This document shows, one piece after another, positions 16,721-26,879 of a stretch of DNA of 64,000 nucleotides. The DNA is from Sphingorhabdus sp. (GTDB taxonomy: Bacteria > Pseudomonadota > Alphaproteobacteria > Sphingomonadales > Sphingomonadaceae). Position 1 is the stretch's first letter. Each line of letters opens with the position of its first letter. The notes beneath the pieces were generated by a model, which saw nothing but the letters and a program-made list of their open reading frames with translations, did no database searches and was not told the DNA's origin. The stretch lies in assembly GCA_036479555.1 (NCBI GenBank), contig JAZGFP010000002.1, positions 286,802 to 350,801 of the forward strand, read 5' to 3'. The translations under genes were made by a program, and so were the position numbers.

Positions 16721-17286
16721 CAGTTGCCAAAATAGCAACAGCGTCAAGCGTCGCAGACGATCTGCTCCACGAATATGGTACATTGGCAGCGGCCTTGTCG
16801 GCTAGCCTGGAATCTAAAGTGATCGATCCGGTGTCGGCCTTATTGTCTTCGGTTCAGCAGGCATTGATTGAATCGGTGAGGCCAAAGGTCGCCGATCGGA
16901 AACGCCTTTCAAGCGCCGCCGACGTTATCGAATATCTAATTGTCGCGATGGCAAATTTGCCGATCGAAGTGGTCCGCGTGCTCTTTCTTGATATCCAAAA
17001 CCGCCTGATACGAGACGAGATTGTAGGTCGGGGTTCGGTATCTGAAGCACCTATTTATCCGCGTGAAATTTTGAAACGGTCTTTGGCGCTAGGCGCTACT
17101 GCCCTGATCCTTGCGCATAACCACCCTTCTGGAGATCCTGAGCCTAGCGAAGCTGACATTCTGGCAACGCATAGATTGGCAACAGCTGGCGCAGAGCTTG
17201 GTATCGCTGTGCATGATCACATTATAGTTGGACAGGCTGGCTGGGTCAGCATGCGGGATAATGAACAATTTCAGGATCAGGGGTAG
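16621..17286 (+). CDS. Cassette 2 gene D: RadC-like JAB/MPN-domain protein
   Basis: IEVVRVLFLD, YPREIL, LILAHNHPSGDPEPSEAD, HDHIIVG; start inferred at TTG 16621 after GGTGG. Confidence 0.88.
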   Translation: MGNSNAGSFNACNLPPPTASQTIRDRQILEQLLTVAKIATASSVADDLLHEYGTLAAALSASLESKVIDPVSALLSSVQQALIESVRPKVADRKRLSSAADVIEYLIVAMANLPIEVVRVLFLDIQNRLIRDEIVGRGSVSEAPIYPREILKRSLALGATALILAHNHPSGDPEPSEADILATHRLATAGAELGIAVHDHIIVGQAGWVSMRDNEQFQDQG

Positions 17287-17341
17287 GCAAAAAGTAGAAG
17301 TAGCGCTTGGGGAAATGTCAACTGGTTGTGGGGACAAAGAC

Positions 17342-19045
17342 ATGACATCGCATTCAAACATCGAGCATGGATCCAAGCAGGTCATGTCAGAACTTGAAGA
17401 GGTTTTGAATGCTCGGGAGTTTGTCAGATCACCAGTGATGTCGCGGCTGCTGACTTATCTTGTCGAACAATCATTATCCAATCCGGACAATCCTCCAAAG
17501 GCATATCATGTGGCAGTTGAGGGGCTTGGCCGGGCCGATGACTTTGATGTGCAGGCTGACAGTTATCCGCGGGTGCAAGTGGGGCGGCTGCGCAAAATGC
17601 TCGCTGCGTATTATGCGGAAATTGGCATTGGCCAACGGATCTGCATTCCGACGGGACACTATGCTGTGGTCTTTGACCATGGTCAGGTGGGCGCGGCAGC
17701 CACAGAGAACCAAAACGCCGCCCAGTCGCCCTTCGAAGGTGCAGGCAACCGTAAGCAAAAAAATCCGTGGAAGCAAAAATTGATGCCCCATTTAATGGCC
17801 GTGGCGATAGTGCTGGTCGCCGCCATTTTGCTGCTACCATCGCTCATTAATGGCCTCGCCCATGATAGCAAATTTGCGTTCTTTTCAACAACAGACAATT
17901 TCCGAAAGCCGCCAATATTATACATCGGCGCGGTAAAGTATGATGCTGATGTGGAAGCGTCCAAAACTGCAGGAGCAATCACAACCTTTCTCACAGATGC
18001 GTTTCAACGCTTCCACTCAATCCGGGTTTCTTCCCAAAATAAGGTGGCGGTGACGAAAGATGGAATATCCAATGCCTATTGGCTCGATAGCGAACTGGTG
18101 GGCGCGGGAAGAAATTGGCTGGTCAGGCTTCAACTTGTGGCGCTTGATCGCAAAGAGATTGTTTGGTCGCGGCAAATTTCGATCCTCGAAGGTCGCCATG
18201 ATCTGCCAGCAAAATTGGAGCCAATAGTATCAAAAATCGCGAGTATTTACGGCGTGATCCCGGATGACCAGAGAGCACAGCTTGGATCACGTAGGCTGCT
18301 CGGATATTCGTGCGTACTCCAGTTTGAAGAATATCGCCGCATAAGATCGCCTGAAATGCTAGAAGATGTCCAGAAATGTATTGATGCTACTTTGGAAGTG
18401 GCGCCGCTCGATCCCGGTATTTTGTCGGCTGCATCCTTCCTAGAATATCTCGACAATGATGTGTCGCGGCGCGAAGGCAATGCAGAAAAAGGCACCAAGC
18501 TTGCCAGCAAAGCCCTTATTCGCGGAAAGAACAATGCCGTTGCAAATTTTGGAGTGGCCCGCGCTGCTTTTTTTGCTGGAAACTGCCAGCGGGGCGTGCA
18601 TTACACACGCAAAGCTCTGCGCCTCAACCCTCTTGAACATGATGTTTTGATCAACGCGGGAGCTTTTTTGCTAGCTTGCGAAAATCCCGATGGGGAAAAA
18701 TATTTGCAGCGCGCTATCACTCTCGACCCTGACGGGCTGGTTACGCAATATACTACGCTGGTATTTCTGAAAATATCGCAAGGAAAAGGCGACGAAGCGC
18801 TTGCGTTGGCAGAGAGCATGGTGCCGCCTGCCGGAAGGGCTGAACCACACTATCACCTTGCCATGGCCATGGTGTATGCAGAAAACGGCCAGAGGGAAAA
18901 AGCAAAAGACGCCTGGAAACATTTGGAAAGCCAGTTTGGCACATCTGGCGTGAGCGATCCGGAACAGATATTGGGCGCCTTCATCACATCCAAGCCTTTG
19001 ATCAAGCATGGCCTCCAAATATTGCGCAGCAAGGATGTTATTTGA
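17342..19045 (+). CDS. Cassette 2 gene E: single-pass membrane receptor-like protein (N-terminal putative winged helix, TM, TolB-N-like domain, TPRs)
   Basis: FVRSPVMSRLLTYLVE...AYHVAVEGLGR..DFDVQADSYPRVQVGRLR; TM LMAVAIVLVAAILLLPSLI; C-terminal TPR-like repeats; GGGGA SD 7 nt before ATG 17342. Confidence 0.85.
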   Translation: MTSHSNIEHGSKQVMSELEEVLNAREFVRSPVMSRLLTYLVEQSLSNPDNPPKAYHVAVEGLGRADDFDVQADSYPRVQVGRLRKMLAAYYAEIGIGQRICIPTGHYAVVFDHGQVGAAATENQNAAQSPFEGAGNRKQKNPWKQKLMPHLMAVAIVLVAAILLLPSLINGLAHDSKFAFFSTTDNFRKPPILYIGAVKYDADVEASKTAGAITTFLTDAFQRFHSIRVSSQNKVAVTKDGISNAYWLDSELVGAGRNWLVRLQLVALDRKEIVWSRQISILEGRHDLPAKLEPIVSKIASIYGVIPDDQRAQLGSRRLLGYSCVLQFEEYRRIRSPEMLEDVQKCIDATLEVAPLDPGILSAASFLEYLDNDVSRREGNAEKGTKLASKALIRGKNNAVANFGVARAAFFAGNCQRGVHYTRKALRLNPLEHDVLINAGAFLLACENPDGEKYLQRAITLDPDGLVTQYTTLVFLKISQGKGDEALALAESMVPPAGRAEPHYHLAMAMVYAENGQREKAKDAWKHLESQFGTSGVSDPEQILGAFITSKPLIKHGLQILRSKDVI

Positions 19046-19061
19046 TGTTGGGTTTTTCGCC

Positions 19062-19715
19062 CTAACGCCCCACCAATTCCCTCGCAAATCCGATCAGGCC
19101 TTTCTGTCTACTCCGGCGGAGCCGCTCGGCGGCTAGGATATGTTGCACGCTGGTAAAGCAGGCGTCGATATCATCGTTGATCAGCACGTAGTCATAGCCG
19201 TCCCAATGACCGATTTCAGCCCGGGCCCGGGCCATGCGGTCTTCGATGACTTCGTCGCTGTCGGTGCCGCGCGCGTGCAGCCGGCGTTCGAGCTCGGTGA
19301 TCGATGGTGGCAGGATGAATATGCGGACGACGTCGCTGCCAGCCTCCTGAAAAAGCTGCTGCGTTCCTTGCCAGTCAATATCGAACAATACATCCTTGCC
19401 ATTTGCCAGCATCTGCTCAACCGGCGCATTGGGAGTTCCGTATCGGTGGCCGAAAACATGCGCCCATTCGAGGAATTCGCCGTCTTTCACCATGCGTTTG
19501 AAACTGGGCACATCGACGAAGTGATAGTCTTTGCCATCGATCTCACCGGGCCGCGGTGGTCGGGTAGTGGTGGAAATCGAAAGCGAGATTGCGTCGTCCG
19601 AAGCGAGCAATTTATGCGCCAGCGTTGACTTGCCCGCGCCCGATGGAGAAGAGAGTACAAAGAGCAGCCCGCGACGTTCGAGCGATTTGCCAAGATCATT
19701 ATTTGCTTGAGCCAT
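19062..19715 (-). CDS. gmk: Guanylate kinase
   Basis: SSPSGAGKST, SISTTTRPPRPGEIDGKDYHF, DIDWQG. Confidence 0.98.
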   Translation of the reverse strand: MAQANNDLGKSLERRGLLFVLSSPSGAGKSTLAHKLLASDDAISLSISTTTRPPRPGEIDGKDYHFVDVPSFKRMVKDGEFLEWAHVFGHRYGTPNAPVEQMLANGKDVLFDIDWQGTQQLFQEAGSDVVRIFILPPSITELERRLHARGTDSDEVIEDRMARARAEIGHWDGYDYVLINDDIDACFTSVQHILAAERLRRSRQKGLIGFARELVGR

Positions 19716-19790
19716 AGCCGCACCTGCCGCAAACTGGGGGGCGGCGTCAAGATGTTTGGATGCACAGAGGCTTTTGGGGGGAGAAGAGCG

Positions 19791-20402
19791 ATGAATTGGC
19801 CGCTACGGATAAGCAAATTCAGCACGGTCATCGCGTTGCTGCTGTTTCTGGCGTTTGGCGCTATCTTGTTCAGCATGGGCCGGCCGCCTATCTGCGCCTG
19901 CGGCACGGTAAAGCTGTGGCACGGGATTGTGCAATCGAGCGAGAATAGCCAGCATCTCGCCGATTGGTATACGCTCAGCCATATTACCCACGGATTTCTG
20001 TTTTTTGGTGCGGGGCATTTGCTGCGCAAGAAATGGCCGCAGCTTTTCCCGCTCGGTGTCATTGTCTGCCTTGCGATACTATTCGAGGGCGCGTGGGAAG
20101 TGATGGAAAACAGCTCCGTCATCATTGATCGCTACCGTGAGGCGACAATGTCTTACGGCTATGAAGGCGACAGCATTATCAATTCGATGGCCGATATTGC
20201 CTGGATGATCATCGGTTTCTTTCTGGCATCACGATTGTCTTGGAAGGTGACGCTAGCGCTAGCGTTGTTTTTCGAAGTGCTCACCGCCTATCTGATCCGC
20301 GACAATTTGACGCTCAACGTGCTGATGCTGACGGTTCCGATTGAGAGCGTGAAAGAATGGCAAGCGGCCGGAACGGGTTACTGGCTGACGGGCAAGCAGT
20401 GA
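19791..20402 (+). CDS. DUF2585 family membrane protein
   Basis: MGRPPICACG, SQHLADWYTLSHITHG, WEVMENS, YEGDSIINS, RDNLTLN. Confidence 0.9.
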   Translation: MNWPLRISKFSTVIALLLFLAFGAILFSMGRPPICACGTVKLWHGIVQSSENSQHLADWYTLSHITHGFLFFGAGHLLRKKWPQLFPLGVIVCLAILFEGAWEVMENSSVIIDRYREATMSYGYEGDSIINSMADIAWMIIGFFLASRLSWKVTLALALFFEVLTAYLIRDNLTLNVLMLTVPIESVKEWQAAGTGYWLTGKQ

Positions 20403-20403
20403 C

Positions 20404-22293
20404 ATGACCGATTTTCTATTGTTGGCGTTTATTTTTCTGGTCGCGGGCGTTGTCGCGGTTCCGATTGCTTCGAGGTTGGGGCTAGGTTCGGTGCTCGGTT
20501 ACCTGATCGCCGGGATTATCATCAGCCCGGCGCTTGCGTTTCTAAACGTCGATGTCATTTCCATCCAGCATTTCGCCGAATTTGGTGTGGTGATGATGCT
20601 GTTTCTGGTCGGACTGGAGCTTGAACCAAAAGTCTTGTGGGGGATGCGCCACCGCTTGCTTGGCCTTGGCGGCGGGCAGATCGGCCTGACCGCGCTGGCC
20701 TTTATGACTGCAGCATTGCTGCTCGGGTACGATTGGCGGATGAGCCTGACGATTGGCTTGATCCTCGCGCTCTCCTCAACCGCGATTGTTCTTCAGACAT
20801 TGAATGAGAAGGGCCTTATGAAGAGCGATGGCGGCCAATCGAGCTTCTCGGTTCTGTTGTCTCAGGATATTGCAGTGATCCCGATGCTGGCGCTATTGCC
20901 CTTGCTGGCGATGCCGGAGTTGGGGGTTCTCGCTGGTGAGGCGGCACCACATGCTGGCGATGCAGGCGATCATGCTGAAACGTTTAATCTGCTTGCGGGC
21001 TTGAACGCATGGCAGGCCGCTTTGGCAACGCTGGCTGCAATCGCTACGGTCGTTCTCGTGGGCAATTATCTGACCCGCCCGATTTTCCGGTTCATCGCGA
21101 TGGCAAATTTGCGCGAATTATTCACCGCTACCGCGCTGATGTTTGTCATTGGTATCGCTTTGCTGATGACATTTGTCGGGCTTTCGCCGGCGCTAGGCAC
21201 ATTCCTTGCCGGTGTGGTTTTGGCAAATAGCGAATACCGGCATGAGCTTGAATCGGATATTGATCCCTTCAAAGGGCTTTTGCTCGGGCTGTTTTTCATG
21301 ACCGTCGGTGCAAGCATAAATTTCGGTCTGCTCTCCCAGAATCTCGGGAATGTCGCTGCGCTGACCGCAGGCTTGATGGCGACAAAGATCATAATCCTGC
21401 TTGTCCTTGGGCGGATATTCAAGATTGAAGGATCGGATCGCTGGCTGTTTGCGCTCGGTCTCGCCCAAGCTGGCGAGTTCGGTTTTGTGCTGCTTTCCTT
21501 TGCGGTCTCCAACGCCATTCTGCCCGATGCGGTGGCGGATCAATTGTTGCTGGTGGTGGCGCTATCGATGCTGCTGACGCCATTGCTGTTCATCCTGTAT
21601 GACCGCGTGATTGCCCCGTTTTACGACAAGACCCAGATACAAGAAGCAGATGAAATACTGGAAAACAGCCATATCATCATTGCCGGACGCGGACGGGTGG
21701 GCGGCATTGTTGACCGGATGCTGACCAATGCCGGGCATCAGGCAATCGTGATAGATTTCAGTTCGAAACAACTGGAAATTCTGCGAAAATTTGGAATGAA
21801 GGCCTATTTCGGCGATGCGACACGGCCTGATTTATTGGCTTCTGCCGGTATCAACGATGCCAAATTGCTGATTGTCGCGCTCGATGGCAAAGAGCAGATC
21901 AACACGCTTGTCAGCTATGCCGTGCAGAATTTCCCTAATCTCCATGTGATCGCGCGCGCGGTTGATCGGGACCATGCCTATCAGCTCTGGTCGAGAGGTT
22001 GCCGCGATATTATTCGAGAGACTTATGATAGCTCAATCCGCATGGGCCGATCGGCCTATGAGGCATTGGGTGTCTCAAAGAGTAAGGCCGTCAAAATGGC
22101 GCAGGCTTTTGAAGAAATGGATCGCCGGTCAATGGTCGAAGTCGCGGATGTCTATGACGTCAATATCCCGCCGATGGAGAATGAAGCGTTGATCACGAAG
22201 GTTCGCCAGCTAATGGCCGAATGGGACCCCAAACTGAGCGAGCAGATGAAGGACATCATCGGCATTGACGATAACGAATTTGAGGGAGAGTGA
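20404..22293 (+). CDS. Monovalent cation:proton antiporter-2 (KefB/KefC-like) with KTN domain
   Basis: LGLGSVLGYL, AEFGVV, YRHELESDIDPFKGLLLGLFF, GEFGFV, GRGRVG, YFGDATRPDLL. Confidence 0.95.
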   Translation: MTDFLLLAFIFLVAGVVAVPIASRLGLGSVLGYLIAGIIISPALAFLNVDVISIQHFAEFGVVMMLFLVGLELEPKVLWGMRHRLLGLGGGQIGLTALAFMTAALLLGYDWRMSLTIGLILALSSTAIVLQTLNEKGLMKSDGGQSSFSVLLSQDIAVIPMLALLPLLAMPELGVLAGEAAPHAGDAGDHAETFNLLAGLNAWQAALATLAAIATVVLVGNYLTRPIFRFIAMANLRELFTATALMFVIGIALLMTFVGLSPALGTFLAGVVLANSEYRHELESDIDPFKGLLLGLFFMTVGASINFGLLSQNLGNVAALTAGLMATKIIILLVLGRIFKIEGSDRWLFALGLAQAGEFGFVLLSFAVSNAILPDAVADQLLLVVALSMLLTPLLFILYDRVIAPFYDKTQIQEADEILENSHIIIAGRGRVGGIVDRMLTNAGHQAIVIDFSSKQLEILRKFGMKAYFGDATRPDLLASAGINDAKLLIVALDGKEQINTLVSYAVQNFPNLHVIARAVDRDHAYQLWSRGCRDIIRETYDSSIRMGRSAYEALGVSKSKAVKMAQAFEEMDRRSMVEVADVYDVNIPPMENEALITKVRQLMAEWDPKLSEQMKDIIGIDDNEFEGE

Positions 22294-22300
22294 ACGGATT

Positions 22301-22618
22301 ATGACCGATATTTTGGATGCGATGAAATTGAAAGCCAGCGAATATTCCGGGGTTGCCGAAGGCACAGCCTGCACGCAGAGCTCATTCAAGCGCGGCAAGA
22401 AGTCCTTCTTTTTTGCCGGTGAACAGGGCGGCCGTTACAAGGCGATGTTCAAGTTGAAAGATTCTATTCCCGAAGCCCAAAAATTGGCGGCGACGGCTCC
22501 CGATGATTTTCAAGCCGGAAAGCCGCCCTGGGTGACGACGCGCTTTACCAGCGAAGAACCGATTGCCGATGGCGTTTGGCAACGATGGATGGATGAGAGT
22601 TATGAGCTGAGTGGGTAG
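22301..22618 (+). CDS. MmcQ/YjbR-like protein
   Basis: FKRGKKSF, MFKL, PWVT, WMDESYEL pattern. Confidence 0.6.
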   Translation: MTDILDAMKLKASEYSGVAEGTACTQSSFKRGKKSFFFAGEQGGRYKAMFKLKDSIPEAQKLAATAPDDFQAGKPPWVTTRFTSEEPIADGVWQRWMDESYELSG

Positions 22619-22817
22619 GGCGAGCCGGCATTTTCCTGCGCTGATACAGCGTCCGCGCTACCAACGCTCCGCCGACTAGCACCGCGCCCGGGATTGAACG
22701 AGTGGCGATGCGGGTGGCGACTATGCCTATCCCGGTGCCGAGCAGTCCTGCGCGCGCGCTGCGGCGTTTGATCCTGCGCCCAATGGCGGCTTTTCCGATG
22801 TTTCTGATCAGGGACAT
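22545..22817 (-). CDS. Small basic membrane-associated hypothetical protein
   Basis: ATG just downstream of fumC stop; GIGIVATRIATRSIPGAVLVGGAL; converges and overlaps 22301-22618. Confidence 0.6.
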   Translation of the reverse strand: MSLIRNIGKAAIGRRIKRRSARAGLLGTGIGIVATRIATRSIPGAVLVGGALVARTLYQRRKMPARPTHSAHNSHPSIVAKRHRQSVLRW

Positions 22818-22829
22818 ATCGTAGGTTCC

Positions 22830-24221
22830 TTATACCATATCTTCCGCTTTGACATGGGCGTCGAAGGTGGCTTCGTCAACCAGGCCCATCTCCAGCGCGG
22901 CTTCTTTCAGCGTCTGTCCGCTTTCATGTGCGTGCTTGGCAATTTTGGCGGCATTATCGTAACCGATGACGGGTGCAAGCGCGGTGACGAGCATTAGCGA
23001 TCTATCAACCAGTTCGGCAATCCGTTCGCGGTTGGGTTCCAGACCGGCAACGCATTTTTCAGCGAAAGTTGCCATGCCAATGGACAGCAATTCGATCGAA
23101 CGCAGCACATTCGCGCCGATCATCGGCTTGAAGACGTTGAGTTCGAGATGTCCCTGCATCCCGCCCACTGTCACCGCCTGATGATTGCCGATTACTTGCC
23201 CCGCCACCATCGTCAGCATCTCGCATTGTGTCGGATTGACCTTGCCCGGCATGATCGAGCTGCCCGGTTCATTGGCAGGCAAATCAAGCTCGCCCAGCCC
23301 CGAGCGCGGGCCGGAGCCGAGCAGGCGGATGTCGTTGGCGATTTTGGTGAGCGATACGGCAAGCGTGTTTAACGTGCCGGACATTTGCACAAGCCCGTCA
23401 TTGCTGGCGAGTGCCTCGAATTTGTTGCGCGCCGGTTCGAAGGTTACGTCGGTAGCCGCGCTGATCTCGCTGGCGATGGCGCGATCAAAGCCCTCCGGCG
23501 CATTAAGGCCGGTGCCAACTGCTGTGCCGCCCTGAGCAAGCTTCTGGATATTGTGCTCGGCGGTGCCTTCGATCCGCGCTTTGGCGGCAATTAGCTGCGC
23601 GACATAGCCGGAAAATTCCTGCCCGAGCGTGACCGGCGTTGCATCTTGCAAATGCGTACGGCCGATCTTTACAATGTCTTCCCATGCCACAGATTTTTCG
23701 GCGAGAGCATCTGTTAGCGCGGTCAGAGCCGGGAGCAGAGCGCGCTGCACTGCGAGCGTCGTTGCCACATGGATCGCGGTCGGAAAGCTGTCATTCGAGC
23801 TTTGGCCCTTGTTGACATGATCGTTGGGATGCACGGGGCTTTTGCCGCCGCGTATGCCTTCCAGCTCTTCATTGGCGAGACCTGCGATCACCTCATTCAT
23901 ATTCATATTGGACTGCGTGCCGCTACCCGTCTGCCAGATAGTCAGTGGGAATTGATCGTCATGCCCGCCCGCCAGAATGGCATCCGCCGCCGCGACAATG
24001 GCATCCGCAATCTCTCCCTCCAGCGCGCCCGATTTCTTATGAATCAGTGCGGCAGCGCGCTTCACATGGGCAAGGCCGTGGATGATGCCGATGGGCATGC
24101 GCTCATGCGGCGGGAAGGGGAAGTTGCTTATGCTACGCTGCGTCTGTGCGCCCCAATAAGCAGAGGCGGGAACTTCGATAGGGCCGAGCGAATCAGTTTC
24201 GGTGCGGGTTTCCCCGCTCAC
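22830..24221 (-). CDS. fumC: Class II fumarate hydratase
   Basis: [50 protein letters not shown]. Confidence 0.98.
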   Translation of the reverse strand: MSGETRTETDSLGPIEVPASAYWGAQTQRSISNFPFPPHERMPIGIIHGLAHVKRAAALIHKKSGALEGEIADAIVAAADAILAGGHDDQFPLTIWQTGSGTQSNMNMNEVIAGLANEELEGIRGGKSPVHPNDHVNKGQSSNDSFPTAIHVATTLAVQRALLPALTALTDALAEKSVAWEDIVKIGRTHLQDATPVTLGQEFSGYVAQLIAAKARIEGTAEHNIQKLAQGGTAVGTGLNAPEGFDRAIASEISAATDVTFEPARNKFEALASNDGLVQMSGTLNTLAVSLTKIANDIRLLGSGPRSGLGELDLPANEPGSSIMPGKVNPTQCEMLTMVAGQVIGNHQAVTVGGMQGHLELNVFKPMIGANVLRSIELLSIGMATFAEKCVAGLEPNRERIAELVDRSLMLVTALAPVIGYDNAAKIAKHAHESGQTLKEAALEMGLVDEATFDAHVKAEDMV

Positions 24222-24706
24222 TTTTTGTTGCCGAAATCTACGCTCACGACGTTAGAGCCGTCCTCCTGTGCCTCTGCAATTGCAGTGCTATCCTCATCAT
24301 TTTCGGCTTCTTCGTGCGGCTCGGGGCCATCATCGGCGTCACCGACATGGAATTGGAGTGCGAAATCAACCGCCGGATCGACAAAGGCCGTAATCGCGGC
24401 ATAGGGAATGACAAGATGCGAAGGAATTTGGCTGAAAGACAGGCCAACCTCAAAATGCTCTTCCTCAACTTTCAGGTCCCAATATTTATGCTGCAGCACA
24501 ATTGTCATTTCATCGGGGAAGCGTTCCATCAGATGCGACGGGATCGAAACATCGGGCGCCTGCGTTTTGAAGGTGATGTAGAAATGATGCTCGCCGGGCA
24601 GCCCATTTGCGGAAACCTCACCCAGCACACGGCCCACCACAGCGCGCAGCGCCTCTTGCACGATATCATCGTAAGGAATCAGGCTTTCGGGCGTTTCGTC
24701 GCTCAT
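24218..24706 (-). CDS. sspB: Alphaproteobacterial SspB (ClpXP adaptor)
   Basis: [25 protein letters not shown]-terminal VVSVDF. Confidence 0.93.
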   Translation of the reverse strand: MSDETPESLIPYDDIVQEALRAVVGRVLGEVSANGLPGEHHFYITFKTQAPDVSIPSHLMERFPDEMTIVLQHKYWDLKVEEEHFEVGLSFSQIPSHLVIPYAAITAFVDPAVDFALQFHVGDADDGPEPHEEAENDEDSTAIAEAQEDGSNVVSVDFGNKK

Positions 24707-24810
24707 GGCGTTGCTGGTGGACTGCTAGGCCGGCGAAATCAAGGGAGTTTGTTTTTCAGGCAGCTTCCTCATATCTTGCCAAAGTCGTTGGCTGGCTTAT
24801 AGCCGCTGTC

Positions 24811-25404
24811 ATGCGGACGGCGAAGATAGAGCGGAAAACCAAAGAAACCGAAATTTCCGTTGAGGTCAATCTCGACGGAACCGGCAGCTATGATATTTCC
24901 ACCGGCATCGGTTTCCTCGACCATATGATAGAGCAATTTTCGCGCCACTCGCTGATTGACGTGGCGATGCAGATCAAGGGTGACTTGCATATCGATCAGC
25001 ATCATACCGCAGAGGATAGCGCGATTGCGCTGGGGCAGGCATTGATGCAGGCGCTTGGTGACAAGGGCGGCATCATGCGCTTTGGCAGCGCTTATTCACC
25101 GATGGATGAGACATTGACCCGTGTGTCGCTCGATATTTCCGGGCGACCCTTTCTGGTGTGGAATGCGGATTTTAGTCAAGAGCGGCTAGGTGAGATGGAT
25201 ACTGAATTGTTCAAACACTGGTTCCACTCGCTAGCTGACAGTGCCGGGCTGACGCTGCATGCGCAGCTGCTTTATGGTGAGAATAACCACCATATTGCAG
25301 AGAGCTTGTTTAAGGGGTTAGCGCGCGCCATGCGCCAAGCGGTGGAGATCGACCCGCGCAAGGACGGCGCTGTGCCTTCGACAAAAGGTCAGCTTGGTGG
25401 CTGA
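24811..25404 (+). CDS. hisB: Imidazoleglycerol-phosphate dehydratase
   Basis: [34 protein letters not shown]. Confidence 0.98.
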   Translation: MRTAKIERKTKETEISVEVNLDGTGSYDISTGIGFLDHMIEQFSRHSLIDVAMQIKGDLHIDQHHTAEDSAIALGQALMQALGDKGGIMRFGSAYSPMDETLTRVSLDISGRPFLVWNADFSQERLGEMDTELFKHWFHSLADSAGLTLHAQLLYGENNHHIAESLFKGLARAMRQAVEIDPRKDGAVPSTKGQLGG

Positions 25405-26017
25405 ACGTGTCGCGCTTATCGACTATGGTGCGGGCAATCTTCATTCTGTGCATAATGCGCTAAAGGCTGCCGGTGCGGTCGATGTAGCAGTGACTTCGGA
25501 TCCCGATAGCGTGGCGAAGGCCGACCGTATTGTGCTTCCCGGCGTAGGGGCGTTTGCGGCATGTATGGGCGCTCTGTCGGCAATTGACGGCATGGTGGAG
25601 GCTATGCACCGCCGCGTGCGCAGCGTGGGCGTTCCCTTCCTTGGCATCTGCGTGGGTATGCAGCTTCTTGCCGACCAAGGGACCGAGCATGGCAAAACCG
25701 CGGGGCTTGGCTGGATAGGCGGCACAGTGCGCGCGATTGAAAGCGATGATGCGAGTATCAAAGTGCCGCATATGGGCTGGAATGATGTGCGCGCGCGGGC
25801 CGGCGCACCTTTGCTGGAAACGGGCGAAGCTTATTTTCTGCATGGGTTTCATTTTGATGCCGCCGATGATGCCGATATACTGGCGACAACGGATCATGGC
25901 GCCGCGCTTGTGGCGGCTATTGGCCGCGATAATATAGTGGGTGTGCAGTTTCATCCGGAAAAGAGCCAAGCATACGGTATCGCGATGTTACAGCGTTTTC
26001 TGGAGTGGAAGCCATGA
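25397..26017 (+). CDS. hisH: Imidazole glycerol phosphate synthase glutaminase subunit
   Basis: [34 protein letters not shown]. Confidence 0.98.
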   Translation: MAERVALIDYGAGNLHSVHNALKAAGAVDVAVTSDPDSVAKADRIVLPGVGAFAACMGALSAIDGMVEAMHRRVRSVGVPFLGICVGMQLLADQGTEHGKTAGLGWIGGTVRAIESDDASIKVPHMGWNDVRARAGAPLLETGEAYFLHGFHFDAADDADILATTDHGAALVAAIGRDNIVGVQFHPEKSQAYGIAMLQRFLEWKP

Positions 26018-26045
26018 GAGTTATGTGCTCGCTCGCGCTCGATTT

Positions 26046-26124
26046 CCGCACCGGCCCGCTCCCCCACCCGGCCACCCAACAAGGTATCGTCATGGGTGGT
26101 CGGGTGGGGGAGCGGGCCGGTGCG
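26046..26124. repeat. Third copy of the ACCNGCCCGC(T/A)CCCCC...CCACCCA palindrome family, between hisH and hisA
   Basis: Arms CCGCACCGGCCCGCTCCCCCACCCGGCCACCCA / TGGGTGGTCGGGTGGGGAGCGGGCCGGTGCGG. Confidence 0.85.
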
Positions 26125-26150
26125 GACGCGCTTCAACGCGAGGATAAGCC

Positions 26151-26879
26151 ATGATCGTCTTTCCCGCAATTGACCTGAAGGCCGGTCAAGTGGTGCGCCT
26201 TTCGAAAGGCAAGATGGACAGCGCGACGGTTTATGCCGATGATCCCGCCGCGCAAGCGCTGGAGTTTGCCGAGGCTGGCGCGGAATATCTGCATGTGGTG
26301 GATCTGGATGGCGCGTTTGCAGGCAAGCCTGAAAATGCCAGCTCGGTGGAGGCGATAGTCGCTGCTTTCCCCGGCCATGTGCAACTTGGCGGTGGTATTC
26401 GCAATGCCGAAACGGCGGCGCGCTGGTTCGATCTGGGCGTGTCCCGGCTGGTGATCGGCACGGCGGCGCTCAAAGACCCCGATTTTGTCAAAGCGGCGGC
26501 GAAGCGGTGGGAAGGCGGCATTGTGGTTGCGCTTGATGCGCGCGACGGGATGATTGCGACCGAAGGCTGGGCAGAGAAATCGGATATGCCCGTCATCGAT
26601 CTGGCGCGACGGTTTGAGGATGCAGGTGTCGCATCGCTGCTGTTCACCGATGTCGGGCGCGACGGAATGCTCAAAGGCTGCAACATTGATGCAACGGTGG
26701 AATTGGCGCGGCAGGCGAGTTTGCCGGTTATTGCCAGCGGCGGAGTGAAGGGGATTGATGATATCCACATGCTGAGCCTGCATGCGAATGAGGGGATTGA
26801 AGGGGTAATTGTCGGTCGTGCGATTTTTGAAGGCCGGCTTGATTTGGCGACGGCAATTGCGATGGCTGCGCGCAGATGA
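26151..26879 (+). CDS. hisA: ProFAR isomerase
   Basis: [35 protein letters not shown]. Confidence 0.98.
   Translation: MIVFPAIDLKAGQVVRLSKGKMDSATVYADDPAAQALEFAEAGAEYLHVVDLDGAFAGKPENASSVEAIVAAFPGHVQLGGGIRNAETAARWFDLGVSRLVIGTAALKDPDFVKAAAKRWEGGIVVALDARDGMIATEGWAEKSDMPVIDLARRFEDAGVASLLFTDVGRDGMLKGCNIDATVELARQASLPVIASGGVKGIDDIHMLSLHANEGIEGVIVGRAIFEGRLDLATAIAMAARR

Noticed and set aside
7499-17286. Calling the JAB genes the housekeeping radC
   Set aside because: Both are embedded in the accessory cassette and overlap its genes; symbol withheld pending phylogeny
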